NCBI GenBank assembly: GCA_024704765.1
Contig: JAKMXF010000322.1
Span: forward strand, 248,001-312,000
DNA length: 64,000 nt
Direction of reading: 5' to 3'
From: Oopsacas minuta
Taxonomy: Eukaryota > Animalia > Porifera
The translations under genes were made by a program, and so were the position numbers. Shown here one piece after another: positions 25,160 through 39,000 of this stretch. The notes beneath the pieces are model-generated. The model saw only the letters and a program-made list of their open reading frames with translations. It searched no databases and had not been told where the DNA came from. The number at the start of each line of letters is the position of its first letter. The first letter of the stretch is position 1.

Positions 25160-28100
25160 TTATTTTTTAGGGAATAATTTCTGTAGTTTGGTAAGATATT
25201 TTATATCTTCTCTCTCTTCCGTAGGTTGTGTTATTAAGGTATCGTGTTGCCGGGTTGGAATGAAGTCTAGAGAATGTGTTCTCTTGACTGGACTCGTTGG
25301 CTTTTTGAGTGTACACAGGGATATAGCTTGAGGTATATTGGCGAACCAGTTTCCAAGAGTTTCTGAATCTTTGGTCTAAAGGAAAGTAATAGTGTTTTCG
25401 CTGGTAAATACCATAGGTAGCTACGATATTCGGCCTAATACTCAACTGTCTAGCTTTTCCGACATACGTTGAGGTACGCTTAAAGTATCTTATAAGTTGA
25501 ATTATTCAAATTTTTTATACAACACTGCAAACCCTCCTGGACTAGCTGGACTATCCCAGGATTTTTACAAGAATTCCATTGAAATAATTGCAAATTTCTG
25601 TATATTTTTCCCAAATGAATGCATACAAATTCTATCTATGGATGCAAAACTTGGGTAGTTTTCGAAAATCCTAAGAATTACGCTCGTTGGTAAGTATGTG
25701 ATAGTCCTGACTAAACCATAATGTTTTGCTTAACACTAGTCGAAGCTCGTTAATACGATTTCCGGTAAAGCGAACATATTTGAACGTCCGTTGGTGTTCG
25801 TACTAACCTGGAATAGGTAAGAAGCGCCTGTAGCACTAATAACCCTAAACACAAGCCCTTTCTTCGTATAATCAGTTGGCATCTCACATAGAGCACCTAG
25901 TAACATTAATTCAGGGCCTAGAGGATTGTTAACAGCCATCTCTACAGGATCCTTGTAGAATTCTAATCTGTCATTCTTTAGTTGTACAAATACATCTTTC
26001 CAGGGTCTCTTCATTGGCTTGCGATTCTCTGAGATATATTCTTGTTTACGAGATAGAAATCCCTGAAAACAAAAAACTACATAAATACAGTAAATGTATC
26101 CACAACATTATTATACGTCGCTAATAGATTGCGAAATAAGCAACTGACTTTATCTGAAATAATAGATAAGGTGTTTATTAGCTTTTAACACCCTTGGACA
26201 GGGGTCAACTCCTGTTATATCTAACACGGATATATCGAAGTGCGAATTGTACAAATATGGTCCCAAACCGTCAGATTATCATATATTTTATCGGTGATAT
26301 CAAAGTTATTATCACGGTTCCTTGAGCTTCGATATGACAGGAATTGGCTGTACCATGAATCAGCATTATATGCATGAATTCTATATCATTTAATTATTTC
26401 ACAGCATTTTCAAGTAGCGGGGTTAGCTACACTTTCCAAGAGAGGACTATACTAGAGGTAATATGGGGAACATAACTTCGAACCTGCATAATTAGACGTC
26501 TGTCAGGATCAGGTTTCGTAGAAACAGCAGTGGGAGGATCTTTAGCTTTGAAACCAATGATAACATCTTCTTTAGTGAAAGACACACGCTTTCTGTTCTC
26601 CTCTGGAGAAGCTGTATCCATAGAATTTGTATCAGTATCATATCCCAGCAATGCCTAAAACCAGGATAAGGTAACCATAATGGTCAATTGGAATTCATAA
26701 TATAACTCACTTTAAAGTCGAATGCATTCTCTACAACAGGTACTTCTTGCAGTGTAGCAACTTCGTGAACTCTACTAAGACCAGCAAACTCATCACCATC
26801 TTTCATATATGTAGCATCTTCACTCATAAACACCTTCTCAATAGCTATATCTTCGAAATAACAAGAATCATCATCACTATCATCACCGATGTCCAACACG
26901 CGATGCACAGGGCTTGGTCTAGCCGGATCGCCATCTATTGGTTCCTGTGTATACACGAAATTGGCTAGTTTAGATATGTCGAACGTGTGCACTTGCTCAA
27001 CTCTAACTTCTACTGCTATTTCGTCAACTACAGGCTCAATATCTGGCTCGATATCAGGCTCAATCGTGTTGATTATCGTTACGTCATTAGTATTGTCCTC
27101 AAGTGAAATAGGGGGAAAAGTTTCCTCTGGGACAGGAGTATCCACGTGATCCTCCTCTTTAATCGAATCAAGGAAATTATAGGAATCTGTAAAACTTGGT
27201 TGAGTAGATAGATCTAAATCATAGGCGGCAGGATCTGCAATAGTGAAATCACTGATTGAATATGTTTCTGTTGGGATAAGGGAGGATTCCAATGAAGCAA
27301 GCTCGTCGTCAGGGATAGTAACTTCAGGCTGTGAAATCTCCATCTATAAAGTCAAGAGAAAATGTACAACATAGCGTATACGTTTACTGTCAACCCCTGT
27401 CATATCGAAGCTCAAGTGACCGTGATAATAACTTTGATATAACCGGAAATATGTTACTTTGACGGTTTGGGACCATATTTGTACAATTCACACTTCGATA
27501 TATCCGTGTTAGACATAACGGGGAGTTGACTGTACATCAATCCTTACGTTTAATAGTTTATCAATATTGTCCTGACACCATTTCTCCCAGTAGTCCAGGG
27601 TAGCGTCTTTATCGACTTCATCAATCTTCTCAATTCTCTTAAAACATTCAGATTCTATATCATTAATCTTATTCATCATATCTTTACGGCTGAAAAGTGC
27701 CTTGGTTTGTGACCAAACGTCTTTCGTAGTGCTCAGCGATTTCGTAACAGAGAACGCATCTTGCTGTATTTCTTGAATATCATCCATAGCTAGAGAGTTC
27801 TCTGGGTCACGACTAGCAGCTAGAAGTAAGGGTAAGTCTTTGCAAGCCATTTGATGAGATTGTAGTAGAGCTTCTATTACATTGTGTTCATCTGGTAGTG
27901 AATCCTGTAGTAATTACAAGATTAATCAGAAATCGATCAAAATAGTTCAACTTGCAGGAAATTTTGTATTACGCTATAGGCAGGTAGTACTTAAATTTGG
28001 GTACACTGACCCATTGGTGGTCCACATACTACAGCAGAGGGGTCCACAGGATCTCAAAATTCGTATTGCAGTTTATGGAAGGGGGTCTACAGAATGTGTT

Positions 28101-31100
28101 AGAATTAGTATCGGGGTCAGTCAACGCGTGAAAAGGTTGGGAGTAATTGTTATAATTGTTCTCTTGAAAAGCCAATACTTTTATTTGCATCATAGGCATG
28201 GTTATTTAGGATTTAATGGCACTTGAATGGTTACAAAGGAGTGGTTACGTTACCGAAAATATTCTAATTTATTCATATTAACCTGTTTGGCTATATTCTC
28301 AATCTTCTCATCCAACTGACTACTCCCTCTTTCCAACATACGTACTGTCTTAACTATAGGATCTCTAACTACTACTGATTTAGCTACCAACAGTACAGAT
28401 CGACATGTCTCTACTAGATCGTGATAAGATTGTGATAAAGTCTGCATTCCTGTTGACAATTCTGTTGACTGGGTAGGTGTTAGTTTGCTACTTGTCAATG
28501 CTTGATGTTTCTTAGTATTCTCTGAATAAATAGACTCTGCTGTTTTCAGTGAATGGTCGCATAGAATTGGTAAGATCTATTGCATATGAAGTAATTAAGA
28601 TAGAATTACAGTGTAACATCCACAAACGGAGTGCCAAGGACACCGAAATGCTACTCTGTTCGTGGAGGTTACACTGTATACAGTAGAATGTATATTGCAG
28701 CATCAAATTTTTAACGCAGTACATGTAGCTGGAAACTGAAAATTTGAACACGGAACCGTATTGGCAAGAGGGTTAATAAGGTTTGCATACCTTACCTTTG
28801 TGAGAGGAATATCATCCTTGAAGTTCGAAGGCTTTGGTATTCTGTTTTTAATCTTATCAAATAGCTTAGCTGATTCTCCAATATACAAAATGAACTCATA
28901 ATATTTGAGGGACAACTCCATTTTCTGAATATTATCACTCACATACATCTGTTTAAGTGGCCAAATCGCCTTAACTTCTTCAGAAAGCTGAAAATTTGAA
29001 GGAAAATCCTCTAACAAATTCGTATAGATTTTTGGGGCTACTTCAGTTAGAACAAATCCAAAATATTTGAGAATCGTAACTGTTGAATGCCTTGGATGTT
29101 CTCTAGTCGTTTCATTAAAACTGTTGAAATTTTGTTGTAGCCATTCTTTGAATGATTGTATAACTCCAAGGAAGATTGCTTTATCCTTGTGTTCCAAATT
29201 ATAGTCAGCTAACAGTATACTCAGTTTTTCTGTTAGATTCTTAACTTTCCATACAATGTTACTTCGTATGGCGTCCAATTCCAAATTCTGATCGCAGCCA
29301 GCTACAAAATCAGCTACAATTTGTGGGTATTCATCTAGGACACTCAATTCTTTGAGTTTAGTAAATATTGAAAAAATGAATTCAATTTCGTTCAATCTAT
29401 CAAGACTCTCACTTAGTTTAAATTCTGAATCGAGTATTTCCTCGCGTTTTGATATATCCTGATCACGGGCCTTTATATCCTCAATAAGCTTTTCGTTAGA
29501 ATTTTTCAGAGTATTGAACTTTTCATGAAAAGAAGTAGTTTGAAATTTCAAGTCAGGATATAGTGATAGTTCATTCAAAAAAGTTTCACAAGTTTTCGTT
29601 TCAATGAGAAATTGTTTATGCTTACATTTGTAGCCTTCTACCTGGTTTAAATTCGATTTCTCGATGGGAATAAGGTTTTTAAGTTGCTCACTGCCTATCA
29701 TATTGCGTTGAATATACTCATCAATTCGTATAGCATGTCTAAGCCATTTGTCTTTTGCTATAAGTTTAAGATCAAGTTCTTCAATCTGTCTTTTCAATTC
29801 TGGGATCTAAAGAATAAAGCAATATATAAATATTGGGTCGTTGCTAGGGGGGAGGGGGAATGTAGATAAAATTCTGTATCATGACCGCACCCAGGCCGAC
29901 TAGATTCTGGTCAGATTTTCCCCTGGTGATAGAAGATTAACTTGACCAAAAAATGACGTATAGAACCTGTGGTCACAGCACATGGCCAAGTTTGGCCCAA
30001 CTTACCTTGGTCAGGAGATCAGATCCAGGATGTTTGTCAGTTATCTCTTTCTCAAGTTTATTTAGAAGGTTTGGTAGACCGTATATATATGTTGAACTCT
30101 TATGATTTTCCGTCAAACTGTCTGCCAACTCTATCCCATTAAGTTCATCCTCCAAACTCTCCAATTTATCTTCAAATAACTTCGCATTTACTACATTCGA
30201 TTCAGCAGTATCTTTGTCTTTAATCTGCCCTAAGACCAAGGCAACTTCATCAATAAAATCAGTCAATTCTGTATCAGCATGCTCTAAAGTAGCTTGTATC
30301 TTATTCATAATATTATCAGGGAAAGATTCATATTGATCATTCGGTTTATTTTCTGTAACCCAATCTTTCATATTTTTTGCCCAATTAGTTAGATCATTTA
30401 ATCTCCGCTTCCCAAGCCCAGAAATTCCAGTCTTGGTCTCTTTTGCCCACATCGACTCTGTTGTAGCTCGTCTGTCAATTATGTAATACTTCAACCAACA
30501 TTTTATCAGTGAATGCAATTCTGTCATATTTGATAGAGCCTCAGAGATTGTATTCTCAAGATGTGTAAGTTTAGGCGTAAAAATTCGCGATGTTTGGTCG
30601 GGTCCAATCAAATTATTGCATTCTGATTTGTATTTTGAGATTCTTGGGGGTTTATCGTCCATGTTGAAGTTGTGAGAAATGTATTTGATGAGTTCTAATA
30701 ATGTTGAAGATTTGACTGAAAGAACTTGTGTTTCTTCAAAATTTGGAGTTTTCAAAAGCTGATTTCGTAGTTGTGGGATTTCGGTTAAATTCAATCGATC
30801 TACAACATTTTGCATAGGCGAAAGTTCTCTCACAATCTTAAGAAAAAGAGAAATACAGCCAGAATTATTTGAATTATCCGCCATGGTTTGTTGCAACATC
30901 TGCCATTTCTTCTGCACTTCCTTTCCTTTCTCTCTACCATCAGCATTTCCTGAATGATATAGCTCATTTATCAACTTTTCATAAACAGGTTTTTGGTCTG
31001 CAACTTGCTTTAGAGTGTAATCATGATTCTTAACTTGATCCTGGAGCTCAAAGGTAGGAAGAGGATCATCATTCAAAGTATCTAACACAATCTCATTATT

Positions 31101-34100
31101 AAGAGAATCACATAATTCCATAAATGCTCCAGCATCTTCCATTAATTTCTTATTCTTCTCACGATCTCTAAAAAACACCAAAAAAATTAAATTTACTCTG
31201 GAATATACAAATCAAAACATACTTCGCCTTTTTCGACAAATCCGTGATTCTATCATAAAGATTAGTGCATTCAGAGTCAATTTCATTCTTCAAAGCCTCG
31301 CAATCTGATTGAGAAAATGGGTCCAAATTATGTAAGTCAGATTCAAATCCATCGGCAAGTGTGTTTTGAAACTTTTCTATCTCAGTTTGGAACATTTGGA
31401 ATTTAGTTTCAGTCTGTGCGGAAGGTGTTTCAGCTATTTTATCCAATTCTTTTGATTTATCTTCTAAATAATCTTTACCAGCTTCAAGTCTTGCCTTTAT
31501 TGTTAATCGTTTTAAAGCATTTTTGTTCTTCTTTTGTTTGTCAGAAACTGATTTTTTGAGACCGGATAGTAAGATCAAATTCTCGCCATCTGTCTCTTAT
31601 ACACATCTGAGTTTGAGTCTCTTCAAAACATGTCATGAGTAATGCAGTATCTTTCAGTTCGATTTCTTGTGTTTTTACTCTATAAAAATGAAAATATTTC
31701 AAAATATAATTATCGAACGCAAAATAAAATATACTTTTCTAGATCAGTTGCCTCAACTGGCAATTCATCAATAATTTTCTGCTTTTCCTTGAGTAATTTC
31801 TTGAGGTTTTCTGGATTAATTAAATGTTGTTTTCTAGAAGATTCTATTTGTTCTGTAACTCTTTTGAGAAGTTGAGTAATGAGGGGCTGTGTATAATTAA
31901 GTAATTCTTCAATTTTTTGTGTTTTTACTTTGACTTCAATTTGTTCTGTGAAATCTGGACAAGGCGGGAGAGCGATTGTTTGAATCGGACACCCAGTCAA
32001 AAGGCTAGAAAATTTGATAATAATAGTATTGTTAATAAAGAGATAGAACATAAAAAATTAGTTCGATATGATCGATGAAATGTATGTTTACTTTGACTGT
32101 TTGGGACCATATTTGTACAATTCAAGGCTTCTATATAAGTGGGTATTTGGATATAACGGGGGGACTGTACCTGTTTACTAGTTCTGGATAGCTGGATAAA
32201 TCTTGTTGAAAGTCAGTTAAAGTTTGTATCTCTGCTTTGCCAAGCTTTTCCCCGTTATTAACTTGTCTATTCATGCGATTAACCTTCCCTTTGACACCTG
32301 TCAAATGTGTTATAATATCATCTAGTTCTTCCTGCAAGCTTGTAAGCCAACCATTATTCAAACAAGTTTTCTGTTTGGAATTGCATCTATCGATTAATTC
32401 TTTGCTTTTTAGCTGTAAATCGTCTTTCCCTTCATAGTCGGATAGTAAGTCTTCAACACGATTCTCAATTGTGAGAGATCTATTCCTTATAATCCCGATT
32501 TTAGATAAATAGTCAAGCGTTTCTTTTGGGGTACTCGGCGATGTGAGTTGAGAAAATTGTGAATTTAAGTTTTTCAGTTCGTCATTAGTGATTTGTATGA
32601 TATTATTCCTTAATCGGAGAGGGTCATTAACTTTATTCCTCCTTCTAGCTTTTTCTATTAAACTTAAGAGAATGTCTTTCGTAGGATTAATTAACTCTCT
32701 TAACTCTTTGTATAGAGTTAATAGAGATTGGAATAACTCTGCTAATTCAGGTTTTTCAGGAAGAGAATGTGATTTCTTGTCCAAGGTGCTGATATGCTCA
32801 ATTATCTGAGAGATACTGACATCGATGACATTTTCAAATACTTGTACTTCAGTGTATGGGACTAGTGGATCTTCTGACACTGGAACGACATCTAGCCCTA
32901 AAAATCATTCAAATTACAGATTTTATCACCACTATCAAGGATACGAATTCTGGCAAAGAAATGCAAAATTTGACAGGCCCTTTGAGTTCATATTAACGAG
33001 AGTTTGAAGATAACTATGTCTAACTCCTGTTATATCGAACACGGATATATCAAAATACCCAGCTATATCAAACTCCGCGATAATTGCATCAATATGGCTG
33101 GAGCTCTGGTCATATGGAAGTAAGTATCGCGGTCCCTTGAGCTTCTATGTGACAGAAGTTAACTGGATGTAAATTAAAGGTTTAATATACCTTGGAATTT
33201 GAGATTTGTATACTTAAGACGAGGTTCGATGCCTTCGTATAACTCTTTGAGTTCAGGGTAGTGTATGTTAACAACAAACAACGCGTGTTTTGCCTGAATT
33301 ATTAGCTTTGCTTTTTCATAAGCAGACTCAATTTCGTCTTTCTCTTCAATTTTCTAAAAATGAGGGAAATAAAAATCTCATTGGTAACAAAAATATGTAC
33401 ATACCAATTGGACTGATTTGTATTTGAGAGTCTTCAGTGCTGTTATGTTATTTTCAAGTGGAGAAATTCTGTCTGAAAAGGTGTCAAAATATGAACATAA
33501 TGAGATTAACTTGTCGAGTTGAGATTTGCAAGTGGCAGGATCTTCTGATGGTTTTACTGGGATTTCACTGTTCCGTTCTTTCAATTGTGTTTCTAACCTA
33601 AAATACAGTGTAACTTGGACGTTAATAATACTCAAACTAACAAATCCTCACATTTTGCCTGTAATAAGAGCTAATACATTAGTAAACATGAAAGTACTTA
33701 CGATTTAGCTCGTTTATTAAATCTCCTCAAAACTTTATCAACCTCCTTCAAATGCTTTATGCATAACAACAGATTCAGCCTATAGGAATGTTCAACTTTT
33801 GTAAGTTCTTCAAACTGAAAATCAAGTTCTTGAGGAATGAGGCCAGGGGGTGCTTGATAAGGTGTGAAATTGAAGGATTTGGCTCTAATCAATAATTCCG
33901 TGTAAATGCCAAATAAGTCCATTAAATCTTTGATTTTGGAATTCTTGTCTTCATTTAGATAAGACTTATGTGAATCTGCAAACAACAAATAAATTTCACA
34001 ACATATAACAATATAACGCTTAAAACTGACCGAGTAAAGAATTAAGTTCGTCCAAATCATATTCTTTCAACTTTTCTGTATCTCTGAAGAATATTTCTTG

Positions 34101-35702
34101 TGTTTCCAACCATGTAACAAACTCTTTTGCTTTATTTTCGTATTCGTTACTGTCTCTTAGAAACTCGAGAGCTTTTCTCAACACGGAATGGATTTTACGA
34201 GATGCTACAAATTTTTAACACAATAATAAACCTCTGCAAAAGCAATATAAATTTTACTAACCTTGAATTTTCTTTCCTCCTTGGTTGAAGAACTGATATA
34301 AACTGCAAATGTATAAAAACATAGAACGTTCATCTCCGTACTTCACAACATCTTCAGCATCCAATAATGGTGGAATATCTACATGCATTCATAGTTTATG
34401 GAACATAACAAGATTAACAACATATATAGCGCAACTGTCAATAAATTCATTTGATATGCTATGGTTTCGGCACAGATTATAATTTAAGATTTTTAGCAAA
34501 AACATACATTCATTGTGTAACACATATCTAGAGTGCAGGTTATGTATATACAATTTTATGGGCTATACTCACCCAGTTGTTTGTGTGCAACATTAAAAGC
34601 ATTAGAAAGACAAGCTTCTGGATCTGATCTGTCCAATTGATCGAATTTGATAAGTTCGGGACGGTTATGGTGGATGAGAGCATTGAATGCGAGACCGTCT
34701 TGCCAGCTAGATGTAAAGTTCTTCAATTCGACGCCCGGGTATCCTTCCGTTTGATGTTGACACCATAAAAGCAAGGCCTAAAGGACATAATGTAATACAA
34801 ATAAAATCTGTGCCGACAGCATAATGCATCAATTGGCATTTGAAGCCAGATCAAAAGTCGTATGCTATTACTGAACTTACAGATTTCTTGCCCTTATAAT
34901 CTTGAGATTCTAAATCAGTGCCAGCCAACTGGAATCTTAAAAATATCATAAAAATCATTCCAAGCGTCCGTCGTTCATCTCCTTCAGCAATATTCTCTGC
35001 GCTTATAGAAGCCTAAGACACATATATAGAAATACACTTAGAAACGGCTGTGTATGTTCAAATCAAACTACAAGAATTTAAGGAATGTTAAGGTGTCAAT
35101 ACAAAGTTTGTGGACTCTGACTTACATTTCGGGCACTCTGACCTACATTTTCGCAATTTTGAGCCTAATCAAATTTAGTTTTCCAGATATGACCATGCGA
35201 AGTTATTGTGGAATAATATTTGTCCAGATTTCTACATTTGCGAGCCCTAACAGCACTAAAATTGTGTCCAGCTCACCTTGTTCAGATATACTTTATGCTC
35301 GATCAAGAATTTGACACAAGCATTCAGATTCTGCATGTAGTGAATACGCATGTTTCCTTTAGCAGGTTTTGCAACTGTTTCGCTACTCAATTTCTGTAAT
35401 AATTTGATCAACCTCAAACCATCCCTAAAATCGATGTAAAGATCTGTGATTTGATCTTTGATATTGAGGTACTTATTGCATAACCTCGTAAAAGTTCCTT
35501 TTTGCATTTCATCGTGCTTCATACGTAGATGTGTTACCAGTTCATTAGTAGTCCCTGTAAATGTAGCCTGACTCTCAGTACTTATCAGACTAGAGATACT
35601 TGAAATGGACGAGTAGAGTTTGAATTTTTTAGCAGCATCAAGTTTCGAGGGGTCCTCAGGCGAATCGAAGTGAAAAGTAGGAATCGTATTTCCTTCAGCC
35701 AT
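25160..35702 (-). CDS. Divergent beta-spectrin-like protein (CH1-CH2, spectrin-repeat rod, acidic linker, PH domain), about 2,400 aa
   Basis: Exons 5'->3': 35702-35292, 35012-34881, 34777-34573, 34378-34262, 34204-34031, 33975-33702, 33597-33405, 33353-33191, 32897-32171, 32004-31735, 31679-31223, 31167-30006, 29806-28796, 28576-28283, 27904-27548, 27343-26711, 26654-26484, 26062-25808, 25375-25160. CH1: QKGTFT...[16 protein letters not shown]...[12 protein letters not shown]2: ALLLWCQ...GY.GV...[21 protein letters not shown]: GFLSRKQE...RPWK.V...FYKD...DYTKK..VF....G.SYLFQ. The frame is continuous once the 19-bp adapter at 31590-31608 is removed. Confidence 0.85.
26199..26350. mobile_element. 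MITE family 1 copy (spectrin intron)
   Basis: GTCAACTCCTG...TTGTACAAATATGGTCCCAAACCGTCA...GAATTGGCTG-TA. Confidence 0.75.
27387..27532. mobile_element. MITE family 1 copy, opposite orientation (spectrin intron)
   Basis: TA-CTGTCAACCCC...TTTGACGGTTTGGGACCATATTTGTACAA...GGAGTTGACTG-TA. Confidence 0.78.
28609..28676. mobile_element. MITE family 2 (CAGTGTAAC termini, TA flanks)
   Basis: TA-CAGTGTAACATCCAC...GTGGAGGTTACACTG-TA. The same terminus (CAGTGTAACCTCCACGAA) also occurs at 18161 in a coherin intron. Confidence 0.7.
31590..31608 (+). other. Nextera/Tn5 mosaic-end adapter (CTGTCTCTTATACACATCT), assembly artefact
   Basis: Exact 19-mer Tn5 mosaic end inside a spectrin exon. Deleting it restores the reading frame (..[14 protein letters not shown]..). 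Confidence 0.93.
32065..32167. mobile_element. MITE family 1 partial copy abutting a splice donor
   Basis: Core TTTGACTGTTTGGGACCATATTTGTACAA. The terminal TA overlaps the minus-strand donor (GTACAG). Confidence 0.7.
33017..33165. mobile_element. MITE family 1 copy (spectrin intron)
   Basis: AACTCCTGTTATATCGAACACGGATATATC...CGCGGTCCCTTGAGCTTC...AGTTAACTG. Confidence 0.65.
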
Positions 35703-36009
35703 AATATTCTACAAATACAAACAAACAAATTCTCCTTTTTATACATGTCTATCAGAATTGGTAGAATGTTTGCGCTTAGATTCCTTTTAGAAGCCAAAAA
35801 TCAAAATATGGCACGTAATTGCGAATTTCGGTGTGTGTGGCCTTCACACAGTTGCAATATGCATTACAAATAGATGATGACAAGATCCTTGGTCAGTTAC
35901 CACTAACTCAAAGTATTCCTGTGCTTCCCACTTTACAGGGTTAGCACAAGTATAAATTCTTTCCAGCACAATATGTATTGTGCAACTCACAATTATACTG
36001 AATTGCTCA

Positions 36010-39000
36010 ATGACAACATATCCCCATCTCAACACTTTTCATCCACAAATGATGCATTATGGGGTGTGCACTAACGAACCGTTTCAATTCACTGACATTC
36101 AGAGTGTAAATAATGCAATTGAGAATTCTTTATACGCGAGAAGACGATCTTCTACTTGGCCAACTGTCGTGCTTGAAGATGGCACTGAAAATGAAGTTTC
36201 GATCCAAAATGATATTGTTATCAAAACTGAGCCGAATTTAGACCCAGATGGATATTTGATGGATTCTCCTCTCCAAGATTGTATTATTAGCCCTGACCAG
36301 TCTCCTGAGATGGATTGTAATGATTTATCACAACCACAGGTTTGCTCACAACAATTTTTGAGTTAGGATTTTCCAAGTTTTATATGCTAATTCTCAACAT
36401 ACATTCTCTATTCTGTAATTTGTATAGCCATAACAATTGGGGTATGATCCTTATCTGGATCGAACGACCATTATGAGTGGAAAGTGTGAAAATTGCATTT
36501 ATTTGAGATCTACATACGAATTGTATGAATTGTGTTGTGTGAAAGAATGTATGGAAATTAATTCTCACTCCCACAAGAATGCAATATACGCACAGTGCAT
36601 ACGATAAGTTATGTTCAATAAACTGGCTGGCTGTTTTCCTGCTAGCAGGCACAAGTGTTAATACTTGTACTTCCCACAGACATACTTTGTTAATTCTAGC
36701 ATTACTTTACGTTTGAACGTATTTTATAGAATTTTCAAGTGAGTTCTACACAATGTTCCTCCCACAAATCAAAGAACAAGAATGTATGGGGAGACATGTC
36801 TTATGCTGATCTTATCACTAAAGCAATTCTGAGTTCTCCAAATCAAAGATTGACTCTTGCAGAGATCTATGCTTGGATTGTTGATAACGTTCATTACTTT
36901 GCTGATAAGAAAGACACTAGTTCTACTAGTGGATGGAAAGTGAGTTGGCTAGATATGCCATATGGAATTTGCTAAGGAATTTTATTATTATATTATAGTC
37001 AACTCCTGTAATATAGAAGTCTCAAATCGTACAAATATGGTCCAAATCGTCAAAATAACATATTTCATCCGGTTATATCGATTTTATTTTCACGGACCCT
37101 TAAGCTTCGATTTTACTCTAGTAAGTATATCGAAATGTAAGATTGCCGTATCTTAAAATAAAACAGACAATTGACCTTAAAAGGTGTTAAAAATAGAAAT
37201 ATCACTTTGACTACTCCTATTTTAGTTTAGTTCAGATTGTAATACAATGACGCTAGCTCTTCATTATACAGCATTTTGAACTTTCCCCAACTTGTTATGT
37301 TATAAAATGAATACTAATTGAATAGTCAGATAATCTCATAATTTCTGATTGAAATGATCAAAGAAAGTTGCAAAACACATTTTTCACATATATATGTTCT
37401 GTAAATTCTACTGACTGTAAATTTAATCACTGCTAAGAACAATACTAGAATTGTTACTGTTAATAACTGCCAGGTTTCTCATGGGTGAGGTTTTATTGAG
37501 GCTATATAGCTGATCATATTTCTATATTTATAGATTATTTACAATGGAGAGCTAGTATGGAATTAGTTGGGCATAAGCGTCGTTCTTCTGTCTAAAATCT
37601 ATATAGACTCTATAGAGATCAATGTCTAGACTCTCGAGTCTAGATCAAGTGAAATAGTACACTATTTGTGCTTCATCAATGCCTGTAGCAGTATTTAGTG
37701 CAGTTCTGTAATGATGTCAAATATTGATACTGCATTTACTCTTAGAAATTGCAAATTTTGTACTTTTCTAGTCGTATTGTATAGATAAAGATTTGTATAT
37801 TTCATGCTGGCAGCTAAAACACTAAAGGCATAATCGGCACAGTAATAATTCTCCCAATTTCAACATACGTCAGTCGAGCCTCCATAAACCTAAACACACG
37901 TATTATTAATTGGAATTTCTTTGCAAATGCGACAGTGATTCTGGCTGAATTTTCGTCATACAATCTGAATTCACCTGTCCTATAATCCAACACAATTCGT
38001 TCTATTATTTGTAATTCTAAGAACTTTTTGATTCGATACAAACATATTAGAGATTGTGTGTATTCCCAATACCGGCTTCATTATATCAAACTATACATCT
38101 TTGTAGTTCCTACATCAAAACTCCCAATTTCTATTAAATATCAGACTTTGATAATTCGAGGTTTCTCTGCCCATTCAATTTTTGTTCAATTTTCCATTCA
38201 AATTCTTCATTCAATTTCATTTGAAGTCCTGCGATAGAATAGTATTTCTTAAATGTATTTATTCAATGTTTTCCACATAATTACGGTTCGAATTATGTTT
38301 AAACCGGTTAATACGAACTTTGTCTGATTATGAACAATATATGTGCTCCTGTTTCTTAGGGCATCTTGCCTTTCGAACGATTTTGCCTCTGAATCGATCT
38401 ATTCAATTCTTTTGATACTTTTCTATAGATTCCAAAAATGTTAGTCATGCCTAATGATGTAATTTGCTCGTCAATTTTATGCGCTAACCAATAATGGCCT
38501 CATCTCTCTGCAAAGATGCGACTGATAATTACGACATAAGTCCTGTTACAAACATTATTCCAAGTAATGCCATTCTTCCTTATGTTATGTATAATTATCA
38601 CAGTGTAATTATATTTGGATATTTGTTACTGTGCTGATTATACACTTTAGTATAGTGGCTCAGTAATAAAAAGTTGAATTTATGCATATATGTGTGTGTG
38701 TGTTCACTCTCCAGTTCACACTTTTGAGATTAAGATACCTCCAATTGTCATGTATCTCTCAATATTCCACTAAGATTACATTGGCACAGGCTCTATCTTT
38801 TGATAATTCACGTATTTATAATGAGGTTTATTCTTTGCTTTTAGAATTCGATTCGCCATAATTTATCACTTCATAACAAGTTTAAACGAATCCCCAATGA
38901 GACCAGTGGTAAGAGTTCTTGGTGGACAATCAACCCTGATAAAACGGGGACTAAAACTCGTCGCGGCCCGAATTCGAGCTCTCCCAGACCAAGTACCCCA

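Noticed and set aside
25167-25445. Listed 92-aa minus-strand ORF as the spectrin last exon
   Set aside because: The real last exon is in another frame (25375-25160, [14 protein letters not shown]..), which completes the PH helix.
31168-31679. Spectrin pseudogene or programmed frameshift
   Set aside because: The shift is exactly explained by the 19-bp Nextera adapter.
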